In this document: piece after piece, positions 1 through 9,273 of the stretch
Numbering within the stretch: the stretch's first letter is position 1
How the letters are laid out: each line of letters begins with the position of its first letter
DNA from: a virus
Lineage: Duplodnaviria; Caudoviricetes
Virus record (IMG/VR): IMGVR_UViG_3300009184_005738
Span: 1 to 55,940 of that record
Reading direction: 5' to 3' (one strand)
Length of the DNA: 55,940 bases
Made by a program: the position numbers and the translations under genes
The notes under the pieces: generated by a model
Told to the model about the DNA's origin: nothing
The model's database searches: none
What the model saw: only the letters and a program-made list of their open reading frames with translations

Positions 1-242
1 AACAGCAGAAGCTTTTATTATTTTAAATGCCCAGGGTGCAAGTTGTCCGGTAAGTGGCTAGATCTAGCAAGAGGCTATTTTGAGTATAGAAAACGAACGT
101 CTTGAAAAAAGAAATTGGCTTATTAATAATTTCCAATTAATATTTAACCAAGGATCTTATTACAGGTCACACAAGGAAATGTTTAAGCTGAAAAAGCAAG
201 TTTTATTTAACATCAACGAAGAACAGGGTAGCGTGGCAATAG

Positions 243-1445
243 ATGAGACTTCCTGATTCGGGAGATAAGTACACTAACCAATGGAAATACGTAGAGGTCG
301 CCAGGTATGTTGCGAATCTGAGTAGAGTTATTAGAGATAAGAAAAACGACAAACCTGTTTTCTATGAGTTCAATAATATGCACGAGTATTCAGAGCTTCA
401 TGAAAACCAGGGTATATACACGTCCGTATTCCAATATAACAAACCAAGTATAGACAATAGCATAAGACTAGGCTCCTTGTACTTTGACTTAGATTCTTCC
501 GATCTTGATGCTTCTCACACTGAGGTTAAGAATCTTTACTCTTACTTTAAGGAGTTTATGCCCGAAAATTCCATCAGGGTATACTTCACTGGGTTTAAGG
601 GTTTTCACATAGAGCTGGAAGCGCTAACCCTAGGTATCACGCCGAGCAACTCACTACATGAAGTTTTTAGGTACATAGCTAATCACCTTAAGTCTGAGAT
701 GAGTTTAGAGACAATTGATTTTGCTGTATACGATCTAAGGCGGATGTGGAGATTGCCTGGATCTATGCATCAAAAAACGGGACTATACAAAAACGATTTG
801 TCCTCGGACGAAGGCTTAATATTTGGAAGTCTTTCAGACATAAAGAAATACTGCCAGGAGCCTAGGCCAATCCAGGTGCCGGAGCAAGAGTTCAGCCTGA
901 AGTCTAATGAGTGGTATAGGAACTTCATATATAAGCGGGAAGAAGAAAAGCAAGGAAACAAATATACGCAGGAGTATCTGCTTGAAAGATTTAGGAAGCA
1001 GGGAACGTCCGTCCTTAAGACGATTGAGCAAGAAAAGATGTTTGATCCACATAGGCTTTTTGACAGCTGCCCATCAATAATGAGGATTTGGGGAAAGGCG
1101 GAAAAAGAAAAACACCTTGAGCATGAAGAGAGATTATTCCTCTGTTCATTACTAACATACTCAGATGATGCACTGTTCTACTTGCACGAGATACTGAAAA
1201 ACTGCTCTGATTACAACTTCGAGAAGTCCCAAGCACACATAGACGATTGGATCAAGAGGAGAGAGATAGGTATTGGTGGTAGACCCTATACGTGCGAAAG
1301 GGCCAACTCTGTAGGTATTGGGTGTGGAAACTGCGATTTAGAGAAAAAAAAGAAATGGGTTAAAGTAGGGGACTCATTCATAGAAACTGACGAGGAATCT
1401 TCCCCGTCTCCTATACGGTTCGCTTATAGAAAGGCCGCAGATTGA
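243..1445 (+). CDS. Archaeo-eukaryotic-type DNA primase with fused PriL-like (Fe-S) C-terminal domain
   Basis: AEP motifs LYFDLD, YFTGFKGFHI and IDFAVYDLRRMWRLPGS; C-terminal CP...LEHEERL...YTCE...GCGNC...SPI resembles the PriL-CTD. Confidence 0.8.
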   Translation: MRLPDSGDKYTNQWKYVEVARYVANLSRVIRDKKNDKPVFYEFNNMHEYSELHENQGIYTSVFQYNKPSIDNSIRLGSLYFDLDSSDLDASHTEVKNLYSYFKEFMPENSIRVYFTGFKGFHIELEALTLGITPSNSLHEVFRYIANHLKSEMSLETIDFAVYDLRRMWRLPGSMHQKTGLYKNDLSSDEGLIFGSLSDIKKYCQEPRPIQVPEQEFSLKSNEWYRNFIYKREEEKQGNKYTQEYLLERFRKQGTSVLKTIEQEKMFDPHRLFDSCPSIMRIWGKAEKEKHLEHEERLFLCSLLTYSDDALFYLHEILKNCSDYNFEKSQAHIDDWIKRREIGIGGRPYTCERANSVGIGCGNCDLEKKKKWVKVGDSFIETDEESSPSPIRFAYRKAAD

Positions 1446-1657
1446 TGGCTCAACAAGAAGATTATATACATGGTTTTTGTACAGACTGTAGAAACAAAGT
1501 GTCCGATAAATGGATGATGAATAGCCCATTTGCTCAAGGGGGAAAACCCCCTGCCTGTCCCGTTTGCGGCGGTGTCGTTGCAGTTATGGACTCAAGAAAA
1601 GCAAAGAAGGAAATAGATAAGGCGCAAAGACAGAGAGGAATACCGGTGGTCGACTAA
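1442..1657 (+). CDS. small zinc-ribbon protein
   Basis: CxxC...CPxCGG; translationally coupled to both neighbours. Confidence 0.6.
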   Translation: MMAQQEDYIHGFCTDCRNKVSDKWMMNSPFAQGGKPPACPVCGGVVAVMDSRKAKKEIDKAQRQRGIPVVD

Positions 1658-1869
1658 TGCCGAAATATGACTTTAAGTGCATAAAATGTGGTAAGATAGA
1701 AGAATCCACCGTCAACTCACCAAGCCCAGCTTGTGATTGCTCTGGAACAAGTTTGGAAATGAAAAGGATCTACGCTTTTGCTGGATCAGTATTAAAAGGC
1801 TCCGGTTGGTATTCCGTAGATAGGCGGAAGACCGATGGTGGCACTATAGGGATAGAAGACCCAACATAA
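1657..1869 (+). CDS. FmdB-family zinc ribbon protein
   Basis: MPKYDFKCIKCG...C.C...MKRIY...KGSGWYS.D pattern. Confidence 0.8.
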   Translation: MPKYDFKCIKCGKIEESTVNSPSPACDCSGTSLEMKRIYAFAGSVLKGSGWYSVDRRKTDGGTIGIEDPT

Positions 1870-1880
1870 AGAGAGAGCAA

Positions 1881-4800
1881 GTGAAAAACTGGTGTAACCT
1901 ACACGTCCATACGACATTCTCAATGTTGGATGGGCACGGTAAGGTTGATAAGTATGCGGAGCGTGCAGCAGAATTGGGCATGACCGCATTAGCCCAAACA
2001 GATCATGGCAACGTGCATGGCTGGTTAGATTTCTACGAGGCTTGCAAGAAGGTGGATATTAAGCCCATATTGGGGCTTGAGGCATATCAGGCTAGGAAAT
2101 CTAGGTTCGATAGGGACCCGGAAGAGAGGTCTGGACCAGCACAGAACGAGTGGGACCAAAGAGGCCCATACCACTTAACGGTTCTAGCTAGTAACAAAGT
2201 GGGTTACAAGAACTTAATTAAGTTATCTTCTAAGGCTTACACCGAAGGTTTCTATGTAAAACCTAGGATTGACCACCAACTGGTGTCACAGTATAGCGAT
2301 GGTCTCATAGTCTTATCGGGCTGCCTAAACGGCGAGTTGCAGCAAGCTTTGCTGCGTGGCGATTATGCTAAGGCGTTAAAGCACGCATCGACTATGCAAG
2401 ACATTGTCGGTAAAGAAAATTACTTTGTAGAGATACAAGACCATGGGCTGGCAGAGCAGAAGAGCGTAAAGCAGCAGACGTTAGAAATCGCTAAAGCTAT
2501 AGGGGCTAAAGTGGTAGTTACAGGTGACTGCCACTACGTCAACAAAGCCGATGCCCACTACCATGACGTAATGCTTTGTTCTGGAACTAAGTCTTTGATG
2601 GACCAAGAAAATAGGTTCAGGTTTAGTGGGGATGAGTTTTATCTCAAGTCCTATGCGGAAATGGAATCTACATTCGAGCCGGAATGGTTAGAAAACACAC
2701 TGCTTGTCGCCGAAATGGTGAACATAGAGTTGGAGTTTAATGAATTCCATTTCCCCGAGTTCCCAGATGTCCCCAAAGATATTTCCGTCGAAGACCACCT
2801 GGAAGAGTTGGTCTGGGATGGCATTAGAAATAGGTATGGTGACCCTATCCCAAGTGAAGTAATAGCTAGGACAACTCACGAGCTCGGGGTTGTAAATAGA
2901 ATGGGGTTCCCTCACTACTTTCTCGTGGTTTCCGACATCGTTAGGTGGGCTAAGGAAAACGATATACGGGTTGGTTGGGGTAGGGGATCTGCGGCCGGCT
3001 CAATCCTTTCCTATGCATTGGAGATTACAAATTTAGATCCGCTAAAGTTCGGATTGCTCTTCGAGAGATTTCTAGTAGAAGGAAGAAAGTCGATGCCTGA
3101 TATCGACTTAGATTTTGATGACAGGTACAGAGACAAGGTCATAGAGTATGTAAGAAACCGTTACGGCAATGACCACGTGGCGCACATCTGCACATTTGGT
3201 ACTGTCGGAGCTAGGAGTGCAATTAGAGACACCACTAGAGTACTTGGCTACGAGTACAAGGTGGGGGACGACTTGGCTAAGCTTGTTCCTCCTGATGTTC
3301 TGGGCGTAGCAAAATCCCTTGATGAAGCGCTTAAGTCACCCGAGATGCTGAAAAAGTATGAATCAGATCCAGACGCTAAGATTATCATGGATACAGCAAA
3401 AGGCATAGAGGGCATACACAGGCAAACCGGAATACACGCTGCTGGAGTAGTGATCTCTAGAAAACCTTTGATCGAATACATACCAGTTATGCAAAAAGGA
3501 GAAAATGCTCCAGTTGTTACCCAATGGGACATGAATCGCGTAGAGCAAAACGGACTACTTAAGATTGACTTCCTAGGCTTAAGAAACCTAGGTGTTGTTG
3601 ATATGGCCGAAAAGCTAATCAACGAAAGGCATGGTACATCTGTAGATTGCTACAACCTACCACTGGACGACGAAGGCGTGTACAAATATCTTAGTAAAGG
3701 TAATTCTATGGGTATATTCCAGGTTGAATCTAGGGGCATGAGAGACATGATGCTATCTATGCGCCCAGATAGGATCGAAGATATAATGGGTCTCATATCC
3801 CTCTACAGACCGGGGCCCCTAGGTTCTGGTATGGATAAGATATATATCGACAGGAAGCACGGCCGAAAAAATTCCCAGGTTCCCCACCCTAAGCTAGAGG
3901 ATGTTCTCCAGAAGTCTCGTGGGGTAATGCTCTATCAGGAGGATGTTATAAATGTTGCTAGGGTCTTAGCCAACTTTAGTGCTTCGGAAGCCGACGACCT
4001 GCGTAAGGTCATAGGTAAGAAGCAGATGGACAAGGTACATCTATTTAGGGATAAGTTTGTAGACGGCTGCAAAAAGCATAGCGATGTAGATAGTCATCTT
4101 GCGAATAAGATATATTCCGATATAGAGTATTTTGCAGGGTATGGCTTCAATAAAGCTCACGCAGCATCCTATGCTGTGCTGTCTTACATTACAGCTTGGC
4201 TCAAGTACTACTACCCGTTGGAGTATATGACAGCTCTACTGACCTCTGTGGCCACGAATAAGGACAAGCTATCCCCATACCTCAACGAGTGCAGGAAAAT
4301 GTCCATTAACGTCTTGCCTCCCTCTATGAAAGATTCATCTTCGGACTTCACTATATCGGATGAGGATGAAATTATCTTTGGCTTTTCCGCTATAGATGGC
4401 ATTGGAGAGTCAAAGGTGCAGGAGATGCTAGCCAATAGGGGATCATCTAATATATGGGAATTCTTAAGGACTTGCGAGTCCGGGGTTATTAATAGGGCTA
4501 CCCTAGAGCACCTGATCAAGTCGGGAGCTTTCGATGAACTATCTCCTGGTAGCAAAAAAATAAATCGTTCAGATAAGCTTAACATTCTTGAGATGGAAAA
4601 GGATGAGTTAGGCCTATACGTGACAGACCACCCATTGCTTGGTATCTGGGATTTTATTACACCAAAGATTTCGTGTGAGATCGAAGACTTGAAAAATGTC
4701 TCAGAAGGAGAACTAGTCACCATAGGCGGAATCGTAGCAAAGAAGCAGTCAATAATCACTAAAGCCAATAAACAGATGTACCGTTTACAGGTAGATGACG

Positions 4801-5207
4801 TAACGACTACAGCCGAAGTGGTTGTTTTTCCTAAGTACTCATCAAAGATAAGCGAGCACGATATAGAGTCGGGGTCTCTGGTGACAGTATCGGGGAACGT
4901 AGCGTTTGAGGGTGATGAGGAAAACCTAATTATTAAGATATTATTAACAGATATAGAAAAACTCGATATATCTATATTGCATGGGGGTAAACCAATCAGG
5001 TTGAAGGCCGCTCATAAACCTTCCTATGGTCAGGTATCGAAGATTTATGGTATAATATCCAATGTGTCTGGTGATTCTCCCGTTTATTTAGAGTTTCCTG
5101 ATGGTAGCAACACAATGACTATGAAGTTCAACAACAGCACTTCCGACAGGATTGAAGAAGAGCTGCAACAGATAATACAGATTTTCGAACTTGAAAGAGA
5201 GCTTTGA
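1881..5207 (+). CDS. dnaE: DNA polymerase III alpha subunit (family C)
   Basis: PHP domain LHVHT/TDHG, GRGSAAGS, catalytic MPDIDLDF, KIDFLGL, YGFNKAHA and a C-terminal OB fold; no intein seen. Confidence 0.97.
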   Translation: MKNWCNLHVHTTFSMLDGHGKVDKYAERAAELGMTALAQTDHGNVHGWLDFYEACKKVDIKPILGLEAYQARKSRFDRDPEERSGPAQNEWDQRGPYHLTVLASNKVGYKNLIKLSSKAYTEGFYVKPRIDHQLVSQYSDGLIVLSGCLNGELQQALLRGDYAKALKHASTMQDIVGKENYFVEIQDHGLAEQKSVKQQTLEIAKAIGAKVVVTGDCHYVNKADAHYHDVMLCSGTKSLMDQENRFRFSGDEFYLKSYAEMESTFEPEWLENTLLVAEMVNIELEFNEFHFPEFPDVPKDISVEDHLEELVWDGIRNRYGDPIPSEVIARTTHELGVVNRMGFPHYFLVVSDIVRWAKENDIRVGWGRGSAAGSILSYALEITNLDPLKFGLLFERFLVEGRKSMPDIDLDFDDRYRDKVIEYVRNRYGNDHVAHICTFGTVGARSAIRDTTRVLGYEYKVGDDLAKLVPPDVLGVAKSLDEALKSPEMLKKYESDPDAKIIMDTAKGIEGIHRQTGIHAAGVVISRKPLIEYIPVMQKGENAPVVTQWDMNRVEQNGLLKIDFLGLRNLGVVDMAEKLINERHGTSVDCYNLPLDDEGVYKYLSKGNSMGIFQVESRGMRDMMLSMRPDRIEDIMGLISLYRPGPLGSGMDKIYIDRKHGRKNSQVPHPKLEDVLQKSRGVMLYQEDVINVARVLANFSASEADDLRKVIGKKQMDKVHLFRDKFVDGCKKHSDVDSHLANKIYSDIEYFAGYGFNKAHAASYAVLSYITAWLKYYYPLEYMTALLTSVATNKDKLSPYLNECRKMSINVLPPSMKDSSSDFTISDEDEIIFGFSAIDGIGESKVQEMLANRGSSNIWEFLRTCESGVINRATLEHLIKSGAFDELSPGSKKINRSDKLNILEMEKDELGLYVTDHPLLGIWDFITPKISCEIEDLKNVSEGELVTIGGIVAKKQSIITKANKQMYRLQVDDVTTTAEVVVFPKYSSKISEHDIESGSLVTVSGNVAFEGDEENLIIKILLTDIEKLDISILHGGKPIRLKAAHKPSYGQVSKIYGIISNVSGDSPVYLEFPDGSNTMTMKFNNSTSDRIEEELQQIIQIFELEREL

Positions 5208-5620
5208 TGGAGTATTTAGCGCCGAAAGGGACTTATAGAGACCCTTTCGCAAAGAGCTGCTGGAAGACATGCGGATCATGCGGCAGGTGTTCCAATAAGG
5301 GAACTAGACCCGAATGCCGAAGCTGTAGCGGTAGGGTCGATGAATATGGGCAAAAAGTGCCTCATGTTGACGATTTGTGTAGGTGTGCGGAGGGTATTCT
5401 CCAGCTGGTCAATAAAGAGGGTAAGATGTATCAGGTAAGAATGCCGAATGACCCCTTCAAAGGCAAGGTTACTCACGAGGGCAAAACGGAAGACGAAAGG
5501 GATTACGAATCCTATCTTAGCGAGCAGAGGGAGATTAGGGATGATCCCACCTGGGATGCGGTCACATTTGATGACGGCAGTAGCGCACAGGACTGGTCTA
5601 ATTCTGGGAGAATAATTTGA
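5204..5620 (+). CDS. Cys-rich hypothetical protein
   Basis: CxxxCxxCxxC...CxxC...CxC; overlaps the dnaE stop. Confidence 0.6.
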   Translation: MMEYLAPKGTYRDPFAKSCWKTCGSCGRCSNKGTRPECRSCSGRVDEYGQKVPHVDDLCRCAEGILQLVNKEGKMYQVRMPNDPFKGKVTHEGKTEDERDYESYLSEQREIRDDPTWDAVTFDDGSSAQDWSNSGRII

Positions 5621-5802
5621 TGATAAAAGAATTGTACCAGAACAATAGGATTACAATTGAGTCAAGAACTTATAAAACTGGCCATGTAGAGTACTGGGTG
5701 CAGGCTGGTCAAGCTGGCATATTTGTTGATAGTGACGATTTGGCAGACCTTAACGAACTGTTGTCTGCCCTACTAGAAGAATTGAGTCAAAATGAACATT
5801 GA
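5617..5802 (+). CDS. hypothetical protein
   Basis: coupled ORF within the operon. Confidence 0.55.
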   Translation: MMIKELYQNNRITIESRTYKTGHVEYWVQAGQAGIFVDSDDLADLNELLSALLEELSQNEH

Positions 5803-5932
5803 AGATGACTTCATGGAGATTGGCGAAACAGGCCTAATACCTATTGGTGAAGGTCTTTTTTGGGACAAGGTAAACAATTGCATAGTAGACCTACACGAGG
5901 GAGATGATGATGGCTTACCGGAAGATGCCTAA
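5792..5932 (+). CDS. small acidic hypothetical protein (not in ORF track)
   Basis: MNIEDDFMEIGETGLIPIGEGLFWDKVNNC..., 46 aa, fills the gap between neighbours. Confidence 0.5.
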   Translation: MNIEDDFMEIGETGLIPIGEGLFWDKVNNCIVDLHEGDDDGLPEDA

Positions 5933-6266
5933 AGAGGTAACTGTTGGACCTTACACGTTTCAAATTAAGGGTGACAAAGTATCGATGGATGCAGCAAAAG
6001 TAAAGTTTGAGTGTCTAGAGGCTATTGGTTTTACATCTACTCACGAGCAATGTATCTATATAGATCCTGATCTCAATGAAGATATGCGTTCTGAGGTCTT
6101 ATTGCATGAGATAATGCATACTATTTGTGAAGCCACGGGAATAAATTCCTCTTTTGAAGAAAAAGAAGAAGAGCAGTTTATAGCAACAGTATCACCAACG
6201 CTGCTGGATACACTTAGAAGGAATGAAGCTGTTCTGTCATACCTGCTTGGAGATGTTATAGAATGA
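5904..6266 (+). CDS. HExxH zinc metallopeptidase-like protein (ImmA/IrrE-like fold)
   Basis: IYIDPDL...EVLLHEIMH...EEE motif. Confidence 0.7.
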   Translation: MMMAYRKMPKEVTVGPYTFQIKGDKVSMDAAKVKFECLEAIGFTSTHEQCIYIDPDLNEDMRSEVLLHEIMHTICEATGINSSFEEKEEEQFIATVSPTLLDTLRRNEAVLSYLLGDVIE

Positions 6267-7051
6267 AGGTTAGATCGGTAGAGGAACTATCGGATCTGGA
6301 AAAGCTATCATTAATACCGGTTAGCTACTCTAGGCTCAATACATTAAGCATGTGCGAGGCTAAGTACTTTTTCTCGTATATTCTTAAGGAGCCGCAAATT
6401 TTCGGACCTGCGGCAACATTGGGCAATATAATACATAAGGTATTAGAAGAAAAGTTGGAACCAGATAAAGCTATTGGTAGAGAGGATCTAGAATCCTTCG
6501 TACAGGAATACCACAATCAAATACCTAATTACGATCCTAAATCTGAAATCCCAGAAAATCTATTGATCGATGGAGAGAATATGCTGATGCAGTTTCTCGA
6601 TAGGCACGATGGTGAATCGTTTGAGATAGAAGACAAGGAACGTGGCTTTTCTATAGTCATAGGAAATGCGCTAGTAAACGGTTACATTGACCGTGTAGAT
6701 ATTGTGGGCGATACCCTTTATATTGTCGATTACAAGTCTGGCAAGCGCGAAGAAGCACAAAAGAACATACATAAAAATATACAACTCGGCATATATGCTT
6801 TAGCCATGAAGAAGGCATACCCAGATAAGCAAATTCATGCTTCACTTTACTATTTGCGTTCGGGCAAGCAAAAAGGCCATCTCTTTACAGATGATGACCT
6901 TTTTGAGATAGAGGTTCTTATAATAGGGCTTATCGATAAGTTGATCAATAAGAACAACTTCTCTTACACCCCTAATTCTTTTATCTGCTCGTTTTGTGAT
7001 TACGCCCAGAATGGGGTATGTCACGTTGGAGCAAAAAGAAATCGTCGTTAG
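6263..7051 (+). CDS. Cas4/RecB-family PD-(D/E)XK exonuclease
   Basis: SYSRL...C; GYIDRVD, IVDYKSG, QLGIYA; C-terminal CxxC...C completes a 4-Cys Fe-S staple. Confidence 0.88.
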   Translation: MKVRSVEELSDLEKLSLIPVSYSRLNTLSMCEAKYFFSYILKEPQIFGPAATLGNIIHKVLEEKLEPDKAIGREDLESFVQEYHNQIPNYDPKSEIPENLLIDGENMLMQFLDRHDGESFEIEDKERGFSIVIGNALVNGYIDRVDIVGDTLYIVDYKSGKREEAQKNIHKNIQLGIYALAMKKAYPDKQIHASLYYLRSGKQKGHLFTDDDLFEIEVLIIGLIDKLINKNNFSYTPNSFICSFCDYAQNGVCHVGAKRNRR

Positions 7052-7212
7052 AAGGATGCTCCTTCAAAGCTTACGCTTTCCATAACTTCGACTGGGTCAA
7101 TGTCTACGTGTGAGAGTTCGTAGGCTTCCCCGGCTGGGGTTCCATAGTCTACTAGTTCACAGAAGATGCTGTCTTTTACTGACTGGATGAGTTTTTCGTT
7201 TAATGTGTTCAT
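7048..7212 (-). CDS. hypothetical protein
   Basis: short ORF convergent on the nuclease gene; ATG start at 7212 preferred. Confidence 0.4.
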   Translation of the reverse strand: MNTLNEKLIQSVKDSIFCELVDYGTPAGEAYELSHVDIDPVEVMESVSFEGASF

Positions 7213-7254
7213 GTGGGGTAGATTACCATTCTGTTCTTGTGATTTCAACTTTTG

Positions 7255-7283
7255 TTGATTTTTTTTGTTTTTTCCTATAGAAT
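7255..7283 (+). promoter_or_regulatory. sigma70/SigA-like promoter
   Basis: TTGATT-N17-TAGAAT upstream of AGGAG RBS and the ATG at 7302. Confidence 0.55.
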
Positions 7284-7301
7284 TGTATTGATAGGAGTTT
7301 C

Positions 7302-8213
7302 ATGGGAGAAAATTGGTCCCCCGTAGAAGATACTTTCCTCTTAGAGAACGCATCTAGGCTTTCTTACGAGGAGTTGTCATTATACTTAGGGAAAACAGAC
7401 AAGTCAATTCGTGAGAGAAGTTTCTCTCTAGGCTGCCACTCGCAGGTCTCGGGTAACCAAAAGGTTCATCGGGTCTGTAGGTACGCCGAATGTAGGAGAC
7501 TGTACAGGGTTAGGTATTCACTGTATAAGAAGCAAAAAAAGTTATTCTGCTCTCAAGAATGCGAAGATTTATACTCGGTTCTTTTTTACCCAACACGACA
7601 AGAAATTGAAAGTAAGATATCCTCTGATCTAAGTTTCGAAGAGATTTGCAAATCATTCAAGCTAATGCCCGGGGTCCTGTATGACTTGTATCTTGATTAC
7701 AATCTTCCTGGTAGAGATAGTTCTATAGAGAAAATTTTAATTCAAGATAAGGCAAAAGAACTTAAAAGAGATAAACTAGTCAAGCAAACTGGTGGTACCC
7801 CAATGAATAAGTTTAGAGGCGGCTACAAGCCATGCCTAGGAGTTTCGGTGCGTAGTGGATGGGAGAACAATGTTCTTCTATGGCTCAACGAAAAAAAGAT
7901 TAAGTGGGATTACGAACCAAAATCATTCTATTTTGAAGAAGTTAAGCGCGGGACAAAAGGATACATACCAGACATATGGCTAGAAAAAGAGCAAGTGTGG
8001 ATAGAAGTAAAGGGCTACATGTCGTCAGTTGATAAAACTAAGATTAAGAGGTTTAAGAAATACTATCCAGAAGAATTCCAAAAGCTGCAAGCAATAACTA
8101 AAAATGATAAAGTAGATAGTACAAAGTTTTTTAAAGATTTCGGTGTGCCAGTATACGCCTATTATGATGATATAGCGGAAGCGTACGCACACCTACCTAA
8201 CTGGATAAGATAG
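7302..8213 (+). CDS. PD-(D/E)XK endonuclease (T7 endo I-like motifs) with N-terminal DNA-binding/Zn modules
   Basis: RSGWE...WDYEP...YIPDIWL...IEVKG; N-terminal WSPVED Myb-like motif and CxxxxC...FCSxxC. Confidence 0.75.
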   Translation: MGENWSPVEDTFLLENASRLSYEELSLYLGKTDKSIRERSFSLGCHSQVSGNQKVHRVCRYAECRRLYRVRYSLYKKQKKLFCSQECEDLYSVLFYPTRQEIESKISSDLSFEEICKSFKLMPGVLYDLYLDYNLPGRDSSIEKILIQDKAKELKRDKLVKQTGGTPMNKFRGGYKPCLGVSVRSGWENNVLLWLNEKKIKWDYEPKSFYFEEVKRGTKGYIPDIWLEKEQVWIEVKGYMSSVDKTKIKRFKKYYPEEFQKLQAITKNDKVDSTKFFKDFGVPVYAYYDDIAEAYAHLPNWIR

Positions 8214-8219
8214 AGGATT

Positions 8220-9077
8220 ATGCCTAGAACTAAGTCTAAAATAAAAAAAGATGTATCAAGCCAGTACTATATTCTATCTGAAGAAGAGATACAAGGATTA
8301 ATATCGAAAGCTAAAGCTGGTGATGGTTTTTCTCAGATTGAACTTCTCAAAATCTTTGAACCATTCCTTAATAAATACGTAAACTTACTCCACTATGGTA
8401 GGTACAAGCTCTCTGATTACGATATAAGACAATTCATAAACTTATTTGTTCCAGATAAAACTGTAGGCTTTTACCTAAAGAGAAATAAGCTTAACTCGAC
8501 AGGTTCAGCTAAAGTTCAGGAAACCATGCAAGGCATAAGATACATGGTGGAGAGGTACGGAGATGAAGAGGATACTCGCCAGACTGTCAACTTAGCATTC
8601 CTTCAATGCCTGATGAACTATAAGAGGACTGAATCAAAAGCTGGCGGTTATGTTCCATTTAGCGGATACATATACAGCTACTTTTATTTCATCTTAAGTA
8701 AGCATGTAAAGGTTTTCTTAATTGATCAGCTTGGTAGAAAAACATTTCCATTGATAAGCGATGATGATTTTGGGGATTCAGATTCCGAGGATAAGCCACA
8801 GGGCTTTACTGCACCTCCGGAACCTTCCGTAGAAGATCTTTTTGGTCCTGAAGTAATAGATGAGTTTTGGGTGGCTGGTGATACAACTATATTCCCATTT
8901 GATAGGTTAACCATTCAGGAGCGCCAGCTGGTAAAATGGCGATTTGTTGATGGATATAAATCTAGTGAAATAGCCCAAAGAATAACAGAACACCCTAATA
9001 CAGTAAGAGAACATTTCAACAAGATTCGTTTAAAGTTGATGGAAATTTTGATGGAAGATGACCTTGTTGGCCGGTGA
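8220..9077 (+). CDS. phage RNA polymerase sigma factor
   Basis: KAKAGD...region 2-like helices; C-terminal region 4 HTH LTIQERQLVKWRFVDGYKSSEIAQRI...TVR. Confidence 0.75.
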   Translation: MPRTKSKIKKDVSSQYYILSEEEIQGLISKAKAGDGFSQIELLKIFEPFLNKYVNLLHYGRYKLSDYDIRQFINLFVPDKTVGFYLKRNKLNSTGSAKVQETMQGIRYMVERYGDEEDTRQTVNLAFLQCLMNYKRTESKAGGYVPFSGYIYSYFYFILSKHVKVFLIDQLGRKTFPLISDDDFGDSDSEDKPQGFTAPPEPSVEDLFGPEVIDEFWVAGDTTIFPFDRLTIQERQLVKWRFVDGYKSSEIAQRITEHPNTVREHFNKIRLKLMEILMEDDLVGR

Positions 9078-9098
9078 AATAATGATATGGAGATTACT

Positions 9099-9260
9099 AT
9101 GATAAATGATATTTCTTTCGGAAGAGACTTTTGTATAAACTGTGGGCATTACCACCACAGGGAGCGCAGCAATAAACCATTTGATTGCATGCTTGGGCAT
9201 GACTGTAAGTGTAAAGAAAAAGACTTCTTACCCAGAAAAAACAAAAGCAGTTTCTCTTGA
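9099..9260 (+). CDS. small Cys/His-rich protein (not in ORF track)
   Basis: GGAG RBS; MINDISFGRDFCINCGHYHH...C...CKC, 53 aa. Confidence 0.55.
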   Translation: MINDISFGRDFCINCGHYHHRERSNKPFDCMLGHDCKCKEKDFLPRKNKSSFS

Positions 9261-9273
9261 TAGGATTTTATAA

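Noticed and set aside
1881-5207. Intein or intron in dnaE
   Set aside because: Length and motif order are continuous; no intein termini or homing endonuclease motifs.
6263-7051. Cas4 as part of a CRISPR-Cas system
   Set aside because: No other cas genes or array; stand-alone Cas4/RecB-like nucleases are common in phage replication modules.
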